A DNA stretch of 64,000 bases from Pseudomonadota bacterium. GTDB taxonomy: Bacteria > Myxococcota > JACRCW01 > JAFGSX01. Shown here one piece after another: positions 9,219 to 19,697 of the stretch. A program made the translations under genes and the position numbers. The stretch is taken from positions 256,001 to 320,000 of the forward strand of contig JBDRCO010000068.1 of NCBI GenBank assembly GCA_043821645.1. The letters are read 5' to 3'. The notes under the pieces were generated by a model. It ran no database searches, was not told the origin of the DNA, and saw only the letters and a program-made list of their open reading frames with translations. The stretch's first letter is position 1. Every line of letters starts with the position of its first letter.

Positions 9219-10937
9219 CTACCCGGACAAGGTCGAGGACTCGTGGCGTGCTCCCGCGCCCAGTGGGGTGCCACGACGCAGCACTCTCACCCCCTCGACC
9301 AGCAAGATGACCGCGAGCACCAGCAGCCCGGCAGAGATCACACCGATCAGGCTCGGACCGTGGCGCCACACCAGCTGCACCACCGCCACCAGGGTGATGG
9401 CGAACATGGCCACCATGGGCAGCACCACATACCAGCGCGGCTTGCCAAGGTGCGTCAGCCACACCGTGACGACGAGCAGGGCCAGGGCCGCCAGCAACTG
9501 GTTGGTGGCACCGAACACCGGCCAGATCGCCTTCCACGAGGGCACCAGCGCTCCCGAGGCATCCCGCAGCTGGACCAGGGACAGGGCCAGGGGGAAGGCC
9601 ACGGTGACCAGGGTGGCTCCCACGCGCAGTGTCCCGGGACGAATCGCGATCAGACCGTCACAGAATTCCTCGAGCACATAGCGCCCGAGACGGGTCGCCG
9701 TGTCGAGGGTGGTGAGCAAGAAGGTCGACACCGCGAGCAGGCCGAACACGGTGCCGGCTGCCACAGGAATACCGAGGGCCGCGCTGAAGCGTCCGATGCC
9801 AGCGGCAAAGGCCAGGGTCGGTGACGTGAGGGCGGGATCGTCGGGCATGGCCGTGACCAGGGCCACCACGGCGATGGTGGCCAGCACGCCCTCGACGATC
9901 ATCGCACCGTACGCAATCGGCACTGCGTCCGTCTCACAGCGCAGCTGCTTGGCCGTGGTGCCCGAGGCAACGATGGAGTGAAAACCCGAGCACGCCCCAC
10001 AGGCGATGTTGATGAACAGCGCCGGGAACAGCAGGCCCAGGGCCGCGTCATCGAAGCCACGGTAGGCTGGGAAGTGCACCTCCAGGTGACCCGCCCCCAC
10101 CATCACGCCAGCCACGCCCGCCGCCACGCAGGCGTAGAGCAAGAACGACGACAGGTAGTCCCGCGGCTGCAGCAACAGCCACACCGGCAGGGTCGAGGCT
10201 GCGACACAGTACAAGCACAGGATCACGTTCCAGGTCGTTCCTGGATCTCCCCGGAGCAGAGCGGGCATGGAGCTCGCCTGCAGCGGCAGCGCGACGCCCA
10301 CCGCGATGGCGGCGAACACCAGGGGGACAAACACCAGGGTCGCCCACAGCGTCCGGATCTGGAACCGATACAGCAGCACGCCAAGCAGCAGGGCCAGGCC
10401 GATGTAGATCAGCGAGGCGGTGGCCACGGCCCCGCCCTCGACCTCGCGCCCTGAGCCGAGGGGGACGTTCTTGACGAAGGTCGACGAGGTCAGGTCCACG
10501 AACACGGTCAGCACGTAAGCCAGGGCCAACCAGATGAAGATCAGAAACAGCCGGTGCGACAGCGGACTCATGCGCTCGCGGGCGATCTCGGCGACGCTGC
10601 GCGCACGGTGCCGGATCGACGCGACCAGCGAGGTCAGGTCGTGCACGCCGCCGACGAAGATGGAGCCAATGACGATCCAGATCAGGGCCGGCAGCCATCC
10701 AAAGGCCTTGGCCGCGACGATGGGACCGACGATGGGACCAGCGCCGGCGATGGACGAGAAGTGGTGGCCGAGCAAGACGGACTTGGGGGCGGGCACGAAG
10801 TCCACACCATCGGCCAGGGTCACCGCTGGGGTGGGATGCGAATCGTCGAGCTCGAGCTGACGACGGAGGAAACGGCCATAGAAAATGTAGCCAAGGATCA
10901 GCGGCAGCAATGCGCCGACGAAGATCAGCAGGACCAC
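9219..10937 (-). CDS. cstA: carbon starvation protein A family transporter
   Basis: GHHFSSIAGAGPIVGP, ACGACSGFH, TTLDTATRLGR and WPVFGATNQLLA signatures. Confidence 0.93.
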   Translation of the reverse strand: MVLLIFVGALLPLILGYIFYGRFLRRQLELDDSHPTPAVTLADGVDFVPAPKSVLLGHHFSSIAGAGPIVGPIVAAKAFGWLPALIWIVIGSIFVGGVHDLTSLVASIRHRARSVAEIARERMSPLSHRLFLIFIWLALAYVLTVFVDLTSSTFVKNVPLGSGREVEGGAVATASLIYIGLALLLGVLLYRFQIRTLWATLVFVPLVFAAIAVGVALPLQASSMPALLRGDPGTTWNVILCLYCVAASTLPVWLLLQPRDYLSSFLLYACVAAGVAGVMVGAGHLEVHFPAYRGFDDAALGLLFPALFINIACGACSGFHSIVASGTTAKQLRCETDAVPIAYGAMIVEGVLATIAVVALVTAMPDDPALTSPTLAFAAGIGRFSAALGIPVAAGTVFGLLAVSTFLLTTLDTATRLGRYVLEEFCDGLIAIRPGTLRVGATLVTVAFPLALSLVQLRDASGALVPSWKAIWPVFGATNQLLAALALLVVTVWLTHLGKPRWYVVLPMVAMFAITLVAVVQLVWRHGPSLIGVISAGLLVLAVILLVEGVRVLRRGTPLGAGARHESSTLSG

Positions 10938-10949
10938 GTCCCAGTCTCC

Positions 10950-11993
10950 TCAGCAGTAGCGAAAGGTACTGCCCCGCACCATGAAGATCTCGACGCTGGC
11001 CAGGGTCTTTGGAGGTGTCGAGCTGAGGTACCCATTCCACAGCAGGCGGGCCACCGGGGACACCGGAGGTGCGGGACGTACGCCGGCGAGATACTCGCGG
11101 GCGGCCATCTCGTCGGGCTTGCGCATGAGCGCGGTCTGCACGCTGCTGTCATCGGCCCCCTTGTTGGGATCGAACAGACCCTGGGGATCGACCAGCATCA
11201 GCTCGCCCTTGACGTCGCGCAGCAGGCTCACCACCCGGCTGAAGTTGGGACCACGCTTGGCCACCGAGGCTTCACGCACCGGCATGTCGACGATGACGAG
11301 GCAGGCTTCTTGCGCGCGCACGTCGTAGAGCTGTCGCGGCGACACCACGTGGCGTGCGGTGTCTCCGATGGTGCGAACCGAATCCCGCAGACCCACGAGC
11401 TGCGCTGTGCGCTCGACCACACCAGCGTCCTTGGGGCCTGTGGCGGCGCCGCACAGTTCGACCAGCTGGCGCAGGTTGTCGATGGAGAGTCCGCGTCCCC
11501 CCGCGGCGCGGGTGATGCTGTCGATCCGCCGCCGTTGCTCGGCATCCAGGTGGTCGCTCCGCGCCAGGCTCGAGGCCAGCGCACGGATGCCCTTGGACTC
11601 TCCCAGGATGGCCAGGGCAACGGTGGTCTGCGCGGCGGAGACCAGACCTTCGGGGTCGGCGTCACGACGGAATTTCTTCTTCTTGCCCGAATCCTCCGCG
11701 GGTTCCGCGGCGAAGGCGGCCAGGATGGACTTGGCATCCCAGGTCCCATCGCGGCGGTAGCGGGATAGGGCATCCTCACCAGCCACCGGCATGCTCGATG
11801 CCGTGCGCGCGCGCGCAGCCTGGGCGTACGCGTGCACGTTGAGCTCACCGGTGGGGGCCGCCTTGCCGACGGTGGCGATCTTGTCCAGGGCGATGCCACT
11901 CCGTCCCGAGAACGAATTCCATTGCGCCTTGACCGGCGCGGTGTCCCCGAGTCCGTCGGGCTTTGCGGGTGGCGGTTCTGGCTTCTTTGCCAT
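10950..11993 (-). CDS. hypothetical protein
   Basis: Likely start MAKKPEPP at 11993; the upstream extension of the track ORF overlaps the divergent gene. Ends 12 nt before the cstA start. Confidence 0.7.
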   Translation of the reverse strand: MAKKPEPPPAKPDGLGDTAPVKAQWNSFSGRSGIALDKIATVGKAAPTGELNVHAYAQAARARTASSMPVAGEDALSRYRRDGTWDAKSILAAFAAEPAEDSGKKKKFRRDADPEGLVSAAQTTVALAILGESKGIRALASSLARSDHLDAEQRRRIDSITRAAGGRGLSIDNLRQLVELCGAATGPKDAGVVERTAQLVGLRDSVRTIGDTARHVVSPRQLYDVRAQEACLVIVDMPVREASVAKRGPNFSRVVSLLRDVKGELMLVDPQGLFDPNKGADDSSVQTALMRKPDEMAAREYLAGVRPAPPVSPVARLLWNGYLSSTPPKTLASVEIFMVRGSTFRYC

Positions 11994-12124
11994 GCCTGAA
12001 CTCCGTCGAGAGAAGCCGCAGTCTAGCGCGAAACCCACGCTCGGACAACGCAGCGCAGCCCTTTCCCAGTGCCATGGCCAGGCGCCCCGCCGCGAGATAT
12101 CCTGTGGCTGACGACGGGACTGTG

Positions 12125-13174
12125 ATGGAGGAGAAACTGCCAGGGAAAGCACCCGATGCCGACACGACTCGCCTCGCCACCCTGATGGCGATGGTGAAAG
12201 GCCGACGTCAGCGCACCAGCCGTCGTCAGAACAGCGTGGTGGTGCTGCTGACCCTGCTGGTCGCGGTCGTCGAGGCCGGAGCACTTGTCGCCGAGCAGAG
12301 GCGGCACCCCAGGAGGGCCCGCAAGCCCATCGCCGTGGCCCTGGTGTCCACGCCCCAGAATCGCCGACCGCCCACGCCAGAGATCCTGCCTCTGCCTCCC
12401 CGACCTGTTCCCGCGGCCCACCCACCGGCACCAGCAGCTCCAGGAATTCGATCCGGCACGCCACGCAAGCCAGCTCCGAGACCCTCTCCCCGGCCGGCGC
12501 CGACCGGCGATCAGCCCTTGACGGGTCCCGAGCCCGAGAAGCCCGTGCCGACGAACGGCTCCGAGGAGGTGCCCCCGGCTGGTGAGAGCGAGCAGGAACC
12601 TGAACCGGAGCCTCCGATCGAGCCCGAGCCAGCGGTCCCTCCAGCGGGGGGCCGCCGACAGTGCGCCGCAGACGGGCCTGGTGCACCGTTCTCCGTCGAC
12701 ACTGCGCGAGCCTCTACGGTTGGTTCCCGCTTTCCGCTCCTGCTCACAGCGCCGTTCAGGACGCGTCCGTCTCTGGACCCCTACCTGGCCGAGGTCGAGT
12801 ACCTGGGCCGGGTGGGACCGCGCGCCCGCGGCGTGTTCCGCATCGCCCTGCCCGAGCAAGTGATCCGTTTCGAGCTGGACGAGCCTGGCGGGGCGGCGCT
12901 GTACATCGGCCGCACCGATGCGCGCTGTGCCGTGCTCGCAGTGCTCAAGGGGAGACCTGTCACCCTCAAGCTGCGTGGTCTACCCGTGCGGCTGGTCGAC
13001 AGGGCCAGACGTGTGGCCTTGGCCATCGTCGATCTCGAGATGGATCAGGAGGCCAACCTGACCATCGTGCACCGCGCCGGTGATCGCCTCCCCTTCACGC
13101 GCGCTCGTCTGGCCAATGCAGGTGCGATCTCGGCCTCGGTGGGAGGCCACCTCGCCACCTTGCCCGGGCGGTGA
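12125..13174 (+). CDS. hypothetical membrane-anchored protein with Pro-rich linker
   Basis: Hydrophobic segment VVVLLTLLVAVVEAGALV, long Pro/Glu linker, beta-rich C-domain. Start uncertain. Confidence 0.6.
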   Translation: MEEKLPGKAPDADTTRLATLMAMVKGRRQRTSRRQNSVVVLLTLLVAVVEAGALVAEQRRHPRRARKPIAVALVSTPQNRRPPTPEILPLPPRPVPAAHPPAPAAPGIRSGTPRKPAPRPSPRPAPTGDQPLTGPEPEKPVPTNGSEEVPPAGESEQEPEPEPPIEPEPAVPPAGGRRQCAADGPGAPFSVDTARASTVGSRFPLLLTAPFRTRPSLDPYLAEVEYLGRVGPRARGVFRIALPEQVIRFELDEPGGAALYIGRTDARCAVLAVLKGRPVTLKLRGLPVRLVDRARRVALAIVDLEMDQEANLTIVHRAGDRLPFTRARLANAGAISASVGGHLATLPGR

Positions 13175-13249
13175 CAGGACAGAGGTGAGGTGCCGTTGCG
13201 CACCTGACACTGTGGAGCGCGCCGGGGGCGAGAAAGCTCCGCCAGAAGT

Positions 13250-14248
13250 TCAGGCCCAGCGTAGCGCGATCGAACCCCAGTTCCAGCCGGCACCAAAGGC
13301 CGATAGCACCACGATGCTGTCGCGTTGAATCCGGCCCACGCGCACGGCCTCATCGAGGGCCATGGGCACACCCGCCTCGATGGTATTGCCGTACTTCTCG
13401 ATGACCGTGTACGCACGCTCGCGGGGCAAACCCATGGCGTCCATGCCGGCGTGAATCCCGATCAGGTTGGCCTGGTGCGGAATCACGACGTCGACCTGAT
13501 CCAAAGACAGCTCGGCGCGACGAAGAACTTCGTGCACGCTGTCCGGGAAGGCCACGCACACGAAGTCCCAGACCCGGCGGCCGTCCATGATGATGCAATG
13601 CTCGTTGCGTGCCACGCTCTCGGGAGTCAGGGGAGCCACCGAGCCTCCACCGTACACGCCCACCGCGTCGGCGCCGTTACCATCGGATCGCAGGTAGCTG
13701 GCGAGGATGCCGTATCCCGGTTCCACTTCCCGCAGCACGAAGGCTCCGGCACCGTCGGCGAAGATGGCACGTCCGGTACGATCATCAGGTGCCACCTTGG
13801 TGCGTGAACACAGCTCGGCCGCGATCATCAACACGGTACCGGCACTGCCGTCGGCGACGAACTTGGAGGCCATCACGGTGGAGACGATGGACGCTGCGCA
13901 GGCCTGCCGCACGTCGACACAGAAGGCACGCGGGCATCCCAGCTTGACCTGCACGATGTTGGAGGTGGGTGGCGAGTAGTGGTCGCCTGTTCCGATGGCC
14001 ACGATGATGGCGTCGACCTCCGCGGGTTTGACCCCCGCCATATCCAGCGCCTGGCGAGCTGCCGCCACGGCCATGTCCGAGGTCTGCACGTCGGGCGGCG
14101 CGATCCGGCGCTCCACGATGCCGGTGTGGGACCGGATCCAGGCGTCCGTGGTGGGCAGCTCGCGCTCGAGATCCTGGTTCGTGACGATGATGTCGGGCGC
14201 GTAGGAGCCTGTACCGACGATTCCCACGGGTCGCAGGCTGGATGCCAC
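13250..14248 (-). CDS. fabH: 3-oxoacyl-ACP synthase III family
   Basis: GTGSYAP, TGIVERR, ACAAS (Cys), PHQAN (His), GNT (Asn), FGAGWNWG. Confidence 0.9.
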   Translation of the reverse strand: MASSLRPVGIVGTGSYAPDIIVTNQDLERELPTTDAWIRSHTGIVERRIAPPDVQTSDMAVAAARQALDMAGVKPAEVDAIIVAIGTGDHYSPPTSNIVQVKLGCPRAFCVDVRQACAASIVSTVMASKFVADGSAGTVLMIAAELCSRTKVAPDDRTGRAIFADGAGAFVLREVEPGYGILASYLRSDGNGADAVGVYGGGSVAPLTPESVARNEHCIIMDGRRVWDFVCVAFPDSVHEVLRRAELSLDQVDVVIPHQANLIGIHAGMDAMGLPRERAYTVIEKYGNTIEAGVPMALDEAVRVGRIQRDSIVVLSAFGAGWNWGSIALRWA

Positions 14249-14443
14249 GAAACCTCCGTCCCCCGCACGCCCCCCGGTGCGCAGAGCGAATATATACCGT
14301 CACTGGCACCTGGCGCACGGTCATCGCCACCGCCTGCGGCAGGATACCCTCGGTGTGCGAGGCGGGCGCAGTGGCCCGGTCGCTCCGGGTGTGGCAGCAT
14401 TTCACCGGTGCGGAGTGTCCCGGGGGCAAGGCAAAAGAAAGAC

Positions 14444-15739
14444 ATGCGCAGCTTCACATGCTCATTGCTCGTGACGATGGCCATGACCACGACGGCCTGC
14501 CCCTGGCTCAACATCTCGAGCGGCGACGCCGGCGAGGATGCCGGGCCAACCGACGCCCTTGCCCAGCTCTGCGAGGGACCGCGCAAGTCGCTGGCGCACT
14601 CGCCCTGGTGGGTCGTCAACGGCACCCGTGAGCCCACCCTGGTGCCGCTGACGAGCGGGCAAAAAAACGCCGTGGTCTCGGTGTGGAATGGCTCGGGCTG
14701 CTCGGGCACGCTCATCGCCCCGCGCGTGGTGCTCACCGCGAAGCACTGCACCAGTGGTCTCGCCGCGCGTGACTTCTCCATCCTTTTTGGCCAGGACGAC
14801 CTGCATCCGCTGCTCTCTGTCGACGTCACCCAGCTCCACCAGCACAGCAGTCGCGACCTCTCGCTGCTGGTACTGGATCGCGACCCCACGCAGCTCATCG
14901 ACGTTGATCCGGTCCCCATTCACGTCGATGCCATGGACCGCACCTGGGTCGGTGAACGCGTGGAGGCTGCGGGCTACGGCTTGACCTCACCCTACGGCAG
15001 CAGCTCCGACGGCCGCTTCTTCGTGGCCGAGCCCGTGTACAACGTCGACAGCGAGTTCCTGTCCATCAACGGCGAGGGCCAGCACGGTGTGTGCTTCGGC
15101 GACTCGGGTGGGCCTGTCATCGGCATCGTCCCTGGCAATGCGGTGCGCGTGCTCGGGGCCCTGAGCTACGGCGACTCATCCTGCACCGGCATCGACAGCT
15201 TCACGCGAGTGGATCCGGTCGCCAGCTGGATCGAGGGCATCGCGGGCAGCACCCCGCCCATCGGTCCCGTGCCCTGCGGCAGCGTCGACGTCGTGGGCCG
15301 CTGCGAGGCTGAACAGGCGCGCGCGGTGTACTGCGGAGGCAGCAGCGAGCTGGTCCGCGACGACTGCAGCAGCAGCGGCCATGTCTGTGGCTGGGACACC
15401 CAGGCCCAGGGCTTTCGCTGCATCGCGAGCGGAACCGACCCCTGCCAGGGCACCGACGCTCTCGGGCATTGCGACGGCAGCACCTCGCTGTGGTGTGTAC
15501 GAGGAGAACTGCGCAGCCTGGACTGCGCGCAGTGCAGCATGCTCTGCACCTGGGTCAACGACAGCATCGGTAACGATTGCGTCGACGACCCGTGTGCGGG
15601 TTTGACCTACCAGGGCCGCTGCCGTGGCGACCTCGCCGAGTGGTGCAACAACGGCACGCCGCAGTCGGTGGACTGTGCGCAGTACGGCCAGACCTGCGGC
15701 TGGGTCAGCGACGAGATCGGTTTCTATTGCATGGACTGA
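14444..15739 (+). CDS. trypsin-like S1 serine protease, lipoprotein, with three C-terminal Cys-rich repeats
   Basis: CSGTLIAPRVVLTAKHC, RDLSLL and CFGDSGGP triad motifs; TTAC lipobox-like site; repeats PC....GrC....wC.....DC.....CgW......C. Confidence 0.9.
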   Translation: MRSFTCSLLVTMAMTTTACPWLNISSGDAGEDAGPTDALAQLCEGPRKSLAHSPWWVVNGTREPTLVPLTSGQKNAVVSVWNGSGCSGTLIAPRVVLTAKHCTSGLAARDFSILFGQDDLHPLLSVDVTQLHQHSSRDLSLLVLDRDPTQLIDVDPVPIHVDAMDRTWVGERVEAAGYGLTSPYGSSSDGRFFVAEPVYNVDSEFLSINGEGQHGVCFGDSGGPVIGIVPGNAVRVLGALSYGDSSCTGIDSFTRVDPVASWIEGIAGSTPPIGPVPCGSVDVVGRCEAEQARAVYCGGSSELVRDDCSSSGHVCGWDTQAQGFRCIASGTDPCQGTDALGHCDGSTSLWCVRGELRSLDCAQCSMLCTWVNDSIGNDCVDDPCAGLTYQGRCRGDLAEWCNNGTPQSVDCAQYGQTCGWVSDEIGFYCMD

Positions 15740-15825
15740 CCGCGGGCCTGCTCGCCGGCGGGGCCCACCCTGCACATGCTCGGTTCAACCTCGTCTCAGG
15801 AGAAAGCCGGCACCTGCCCCCGGGC

Positions 15826-16446
15826 TCAGTCCCACCAATCGACGACGCAGATCCTGAACACGGGGCAACAGTGAAACCCATCGCAGCACTGGTCATCTGA
15901 CAGCTCGCAGTCGGTGTCCTCGGGCAAGCACGCCCCTGCTGTGTTCGCTGCGCCGGGATCGACGTCCACTCCCGGGTTCCCGGCATCGCCGCCGATCGAA
16001 CTCGTGATCCCTGGCTGCGTTGCCGAGCCGGCGTCCAGCGCTTGGGCAGCCCCAGCATCCCCCGCTTCCCCTTCATCGCCTTGCTGTGGGTTCGACGATG
16101 AAGTGGGCACAACACAACGGTGGTCATCGAGCTGGCACGTGAGCAGTGGTGCGAAGCTCGCACAGTCTGTATCGCTCTCGCACCGGGGCGTCACAGGGTC
16201 GACACAGAGACGCTGTGCCGCGTCGCAGACCTGACTGCGTGGACAGTCTCCCGAACGAATGCAGGGCAATGCGATCATGGTGCACAGACCAGACTGGCAC
16301 TTCAGCCCCTGGCCACAGGTCGTGCTCTCGTCGCAGGGATCGCCCGGCGCAGACTGGACCGCGCAGCCTTGAGCGGCGAGGAGTCCGACAAAGGTGAGAA
16401 AAAATCCAACGCTGCCCCACACCCCTGGTTTCGCTCCTTTGGTCAT
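15826..16446 (-). CDS. Cys-rich lipoprotein (Dickkopf-like repeats, knottin-like C-terminus)
   Basis: GGAGG SD before ATG 16446; lipobox AQGC; C..D.DC repeats. Confidence 0.75.
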   Translation of the reverse strand: MTKGAKPGVWGSVGFFLTFVGLLAAQGCAVQSAPGDPCDESTTCGQGLKCQSGLCTMIALPCIRSGDCPRSQVCDAAQRLCVDPVTPRCESDTDCASFAPLLTCQLDDHRCVVPTSSSNPQQGDEGEAGDAGAAQALDAGSATQPGITSSIGGDAGNPGVDVDPGAANTAGACLPEDTDCELSDDQCCDGFHCCPVFRICVVDWWD

Positions 16447-16712
16447 GCCCCCTCCTGGCATCGCTTCGAGAGGACCACTGTGCCTGTGCGAATGGGGTTT
16501 GCCATCAGGCAAGGGGCGGAGTCAGGAACAGGGGCTGCGGACTGCAGGACGACGGGATCTACGCACAACGCACCAGCGAGAAGACCTTGCGGAACATGCT
16601 GACCTTTCCGGTGGATGGTGTGCAGGCCCGAGCCCAAGCGCCCATCCCGCCAAAAACCGCGGCAGGCAGGTCGGGTTTCCTGTCGCCAGCGCTCCAGGCA
16701 TAGACTCCACCC

Positions 16713-17033
16713 ATGACAGTCAATTTCGGCCCCGTGCGCCCCGACAAGGTGGAGGAACTGCGCCAGCGCATGCTCAGCCTCGGTCTGCGCGAGGAGGACC
16801 TCGACGAGAGCTTCGTGCGCGCCCAGGGCCGTGGCGGTCAGAAGGTCAACAAGACCTCGGTGGCCGTGGTGCTGAAACACCCGCCGTCGGGGATCGTGGT
16901 CAAGGTCCAGCGCGAGCGCTCCCGCGCCATCAACCGCTACCTGGCCCGGCGCACCCTGTGTGAGAAGCTGGAGAAGCTGGCCAGGCAGAAGCGCACATCG
17001 GATCCATCGTCGACAGCGGATGTCAGGAGCTAG
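16713..17033 (+). CDS. short RF-1 domain peptidyl-tRNA hydrolase-like protein (ArfB/C12orf65-like)
   Basis: ESFVRAQGRGGQKVNKTSVAV...HPPSGIVVKVQRERSRAINR with an intact GGQ. Confidence 0.88.
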   Translation: MTVNFGPVRPDKVEELRQRMLSLGLREEDLDESFVRAQGRGGQKVNKTSVAVVLKHPPSGIVVKVQRERSRAINRYLARRTLCEKLEKLARQKRTSDPSSTADVRS

Positions 17034-17098
17034 AACAACGCGCCTGCCAGCTCCAGAAGGTGCCGGCCGAGAGCTCGCGATGTGCGCCCGGATCGTGC

Positions 17099-18667
17099 TC
17101 ACACGAGCTTGTAGACTTCCGCCTCGATGAAGATGCGCAGCAGGTCGTGGTCAATGGCACCGTGCTTGGCCTCGTCGTGCAGGATGTCCAGGGCCTTGTC
17201 GCGCGGCACCGCGCGCTTGTAGGGACGATCACTGGCGGTGAGGGCGTCGTAGATGTCGGCGATGGTCATGATGCGCGCCTGCACCGGGATCTGGTCTGGC
17301 GGCAGGCTACGCGGGTAACCGCGACCGTTGAGCTTCTCGTGGTGCGCGTAGGCGATGTTGGGCACGTTCTTGAGATCGCGGGTCCACGGGATGCGGCTGA
17401 GGAAGCGGAAGGTGTAGGTGACGTGGCTCTCGATCTCGCGGCGCTCGTCGTCGTTGAGGCTGCCTCGAGGGATGGACAGGGTCATCACCTCCTCGGGACC
17501 GAGCAGGGGGCGCGAGGTGCCTTTGAAGTCTCGGAAGCTGTAGGCCGCCAGCTCCTGCAGACGCTCGAAGCTCCCCTCGGAGAGCACCGTGGGGCGATTG
17601 CTGGAGACCACAACATCAAAGAACTCGTCGATGCGCTTGAGAGCCAGCTCGCACTCGGCGTCGATCTGGAGCACGTCGTCTGCCACTGCGCTCAGTCCGT
17701 GCTCCTTGACCAGGTCGAACTTGCGCTGCAGGGCCTCGAGTTCGAGGGATCGACGCACGAAGTCGAAGCGCTGGCTGACGATGTCGAACTCGTGCGGGTA
17801 CAGCTTGTTGGCCTTGATCAGCACGTGCTCGCGCACCCCGACCTTGCCGAAGTCGTGCAGCAGCGCGGCATAACGCAGCTCGCGCAGGGCGTCCTCGCCG
17901 AACACGATGCCGACGTAGGGCCCGGTGCTCTCGCGCTCGACATTGCGGGCGATGCCCACGGTGAGACCCGCCACGCGTTCCGAGTGGCCACTGGTCGTCG
18001 GATCCCGCGCCTCGATGGCGTACACCGAGGCCTTGATGAAGCTCTCGAAGAGCTTCTCGATGTCCTGGTGCAGGATGGCGTTCTCGACGGAGACCGCGGC
18101 CTGCCCACCCAGGGCCAGCAGCAGCTCCTGGTCCTCGTCGCTGAAGTTTTGCTCGTCCTTCTTGTTGAGGACCTGGATGACTCCGGTGACGGCCCCCTCG
18201 TTGTCGAGCATGGGCACACACAGGATGTTGCGCGTGCGGTAGCCGGTCTGCTTGTCCACCTCGGGGTTGAAGCGGCTGTCCGCGTAGGCATCGGGAATGA
18301 CGACGGGGGCCCGGGTGCGCGCCACATGACCGGCGATGCCCTTGCCCACCGGCAAGCGGATCAGCTCGGCCTCGACGCCATGTGCCACCTTGGTCCACAG
18401 CTCGCCTGCTTCGCGATCGTGGATGAACAGCGAGCATCGCTCGGCCGAGGCCACGCGGCGCGAGGCATCGGCGATCATGTCGAGCAGCTCGTCGAGGCTG
18501 CGCGCCGAGCCCATGGCCTTGGCCACATCGAGGATGATGTTGACGCGGTTGGCACGGCCGACCAGGTCGATAACCTGGGACTGCGTCGAGGGAATGCTGA
18601 GCGAGGTCCGGGTCATCGGGATCTCCCCCGGTCGCGTGCCTCGAAAGACCTCCTGATCCTTGCTCAC
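17099..18667 (-). CDS. GAF + HD-GYP cyclic dinucleotide phosphodiesterase
   Basis: GAF domain (GIAGHVA..DAYADSRFNPEVDKQTGYRTRNILCVP); HSERV, HDFGK, HHEKLNGRGYP, ADIYDALT. Confidence 0.92.
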   Translation of the reverse strand: MSKDQEVFRGTRPGEIPMTRTSLSIPSTQSQVIDLVGRANRVNIILDVAKAMGSARSLDELLDMIADASRRVASAERCSLFIHDREAGELWTKVAHGVEAELIRLPVGKGIAGHVARTRAPVVIPDAYADSRFNPEVDKQTGYRTRNILCVPMLDNEGAVTGVIQVLNKKDEQNFSDEDQELLLALGGQAAVSVENAILHQDIEKLFESFIKASVYAIEARDPTTSGHSERVAGLTVGIARNVERESTGPYVGIVFGEDALRELRYAALLHDFGKVGVREHVLIKANKLYPHEFDIVSQRFDFVRRSLELEALQRKFDLVKEHGLSAVADDVLQIDAECELALKRIDEFFDVVVSSNRPTVLSEGSFERLQELAAYSFRDFKGTSRPLLGPEEVMTLSIPRGSLNDDERREIESHVTYTFRFLSRIPWTRDLKNVPNIAYAHHEKLNGRGYPRSLPPDQIPVQARIMTIADIYDALTASDRPYKRAVPRDKALDILHDEAKHGAIDHDLLRIFIEAEVYKLV

Positions 18668-18773
18668 GTGTCCCCTGCCCTCCTCACCGCGCTGGACGGA
18701 CTAACCTAGCAGACGGCTCGGATCCCGCAAAGGCGCGATCCGTGTGGGCTAGGTGAGGCTGGGGTGCCTAGCG

Positions 18774-19697
18774 TCAGGTGAAGACGGCGCTGGAGCCAAA
18801 GTCGATGTAGCGGTGCAGCTGGGCCAGGCTGGCCTCGATCTGCTCCGGTGTGACGGTGAGCAGGCACTCGAGCCCGAAACCCTGGCAGGCGAAGGCTCCC
18901 ATCACGGCTCCGACGGCAGCTGCGCGGTGCAGGGTCGCGCGATCGATCCTGCCCTGCCGGCTCAGATATCCCATGAAGCCCCCGGCGAAGCTGTCCCCGG
19001 CCCCCGTGGGATCCACCACCCGATCCAGGGGCAAGGCCGGCACAAAAAGCAGCTCGCCGTCTTTGAACACGATGGCGCCATAGGCCCCGAGCTTGAGCAC
19101 CACGATCTTCGGCCCCAGACGCGCCACGGCCTGGCCGGCACGGATCAGGTTGCTCTCCCCGCTGAGCTGCAGGGCCTCTCCCTCGTTGATGAACAGGGCA
19201 TGCACCCGCGCCAGGACCTTGCGCAGCGCCGGCAGGGTGGTGTCTATCCACAGATTCATGGTGTCCGCCGCGACGAAATCCGGCGTCTTGACCTGGTCCA
19301 GGACCGAGAGCTGTAGCTCGGGATGGATGTTGGCCAGAAACACATGACGCGTGTCTCGATAGGTCTCGTCGAGGGTGGGCTTGAACTCCGCAAAAACATT
19401 GAGCTCGGTGGCCAGGGTCTCACGCTCGTTGCAGTTCTCGCCATAGCGGCCAGCCCAGTGAAAGGTCTTGCCGCCGGGCACGCGCTCTATCCTGTTGGTG
19501 TCGATACCGCGCCGGGCCAGCTCGTCGAGGTGCTGCTGCGGAAAATCCTCCCCAACCACCGCCACCAATCGCACCGGGGCCAGGTGCGCCGCGGCCACGC
19601 TGAAGTAGTTCGCCGCTCCCCCCAGGATGCGCTCCCGCCTGTCCTCGGGGGTCTCGATGGTGTCAAAGGCCACGCTGCCGACGACGAGAAGGGTCAT
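18774..19697 (-). CDS. PfkB/ribokinase-family kinase
   Basis: GSVAFD, GGAANY and DPTGAGDSFAGG motifs. Confidence 0.92.
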   Translation of the reverse strand: MTLLVVGSVAFDTIETPEDRRERILGGAANYFSVAAAHLAPVRLVAVVGEDFPQQHLDELARRGIDTNRIERVPGGKTFHWAGRYGENCNERETLATELNVFAEFKPTLDETYRDTRHVFLANIHPELQLSVLDQVKTPDFVAADTMNLWIDTTLPALRKVLARVHALFINEGEALQLSGESNLIRAGQAVARLGPKIVVLKLGAYGAIVFKDGELLFVPALPLDRVVDPTGAGDSFAGGFMGYLSRQGRIDRATLHRAAAVGAVMGAFACQGFGLECLLTVTPEQIEASLAQLHRYIDFGSSAVFT

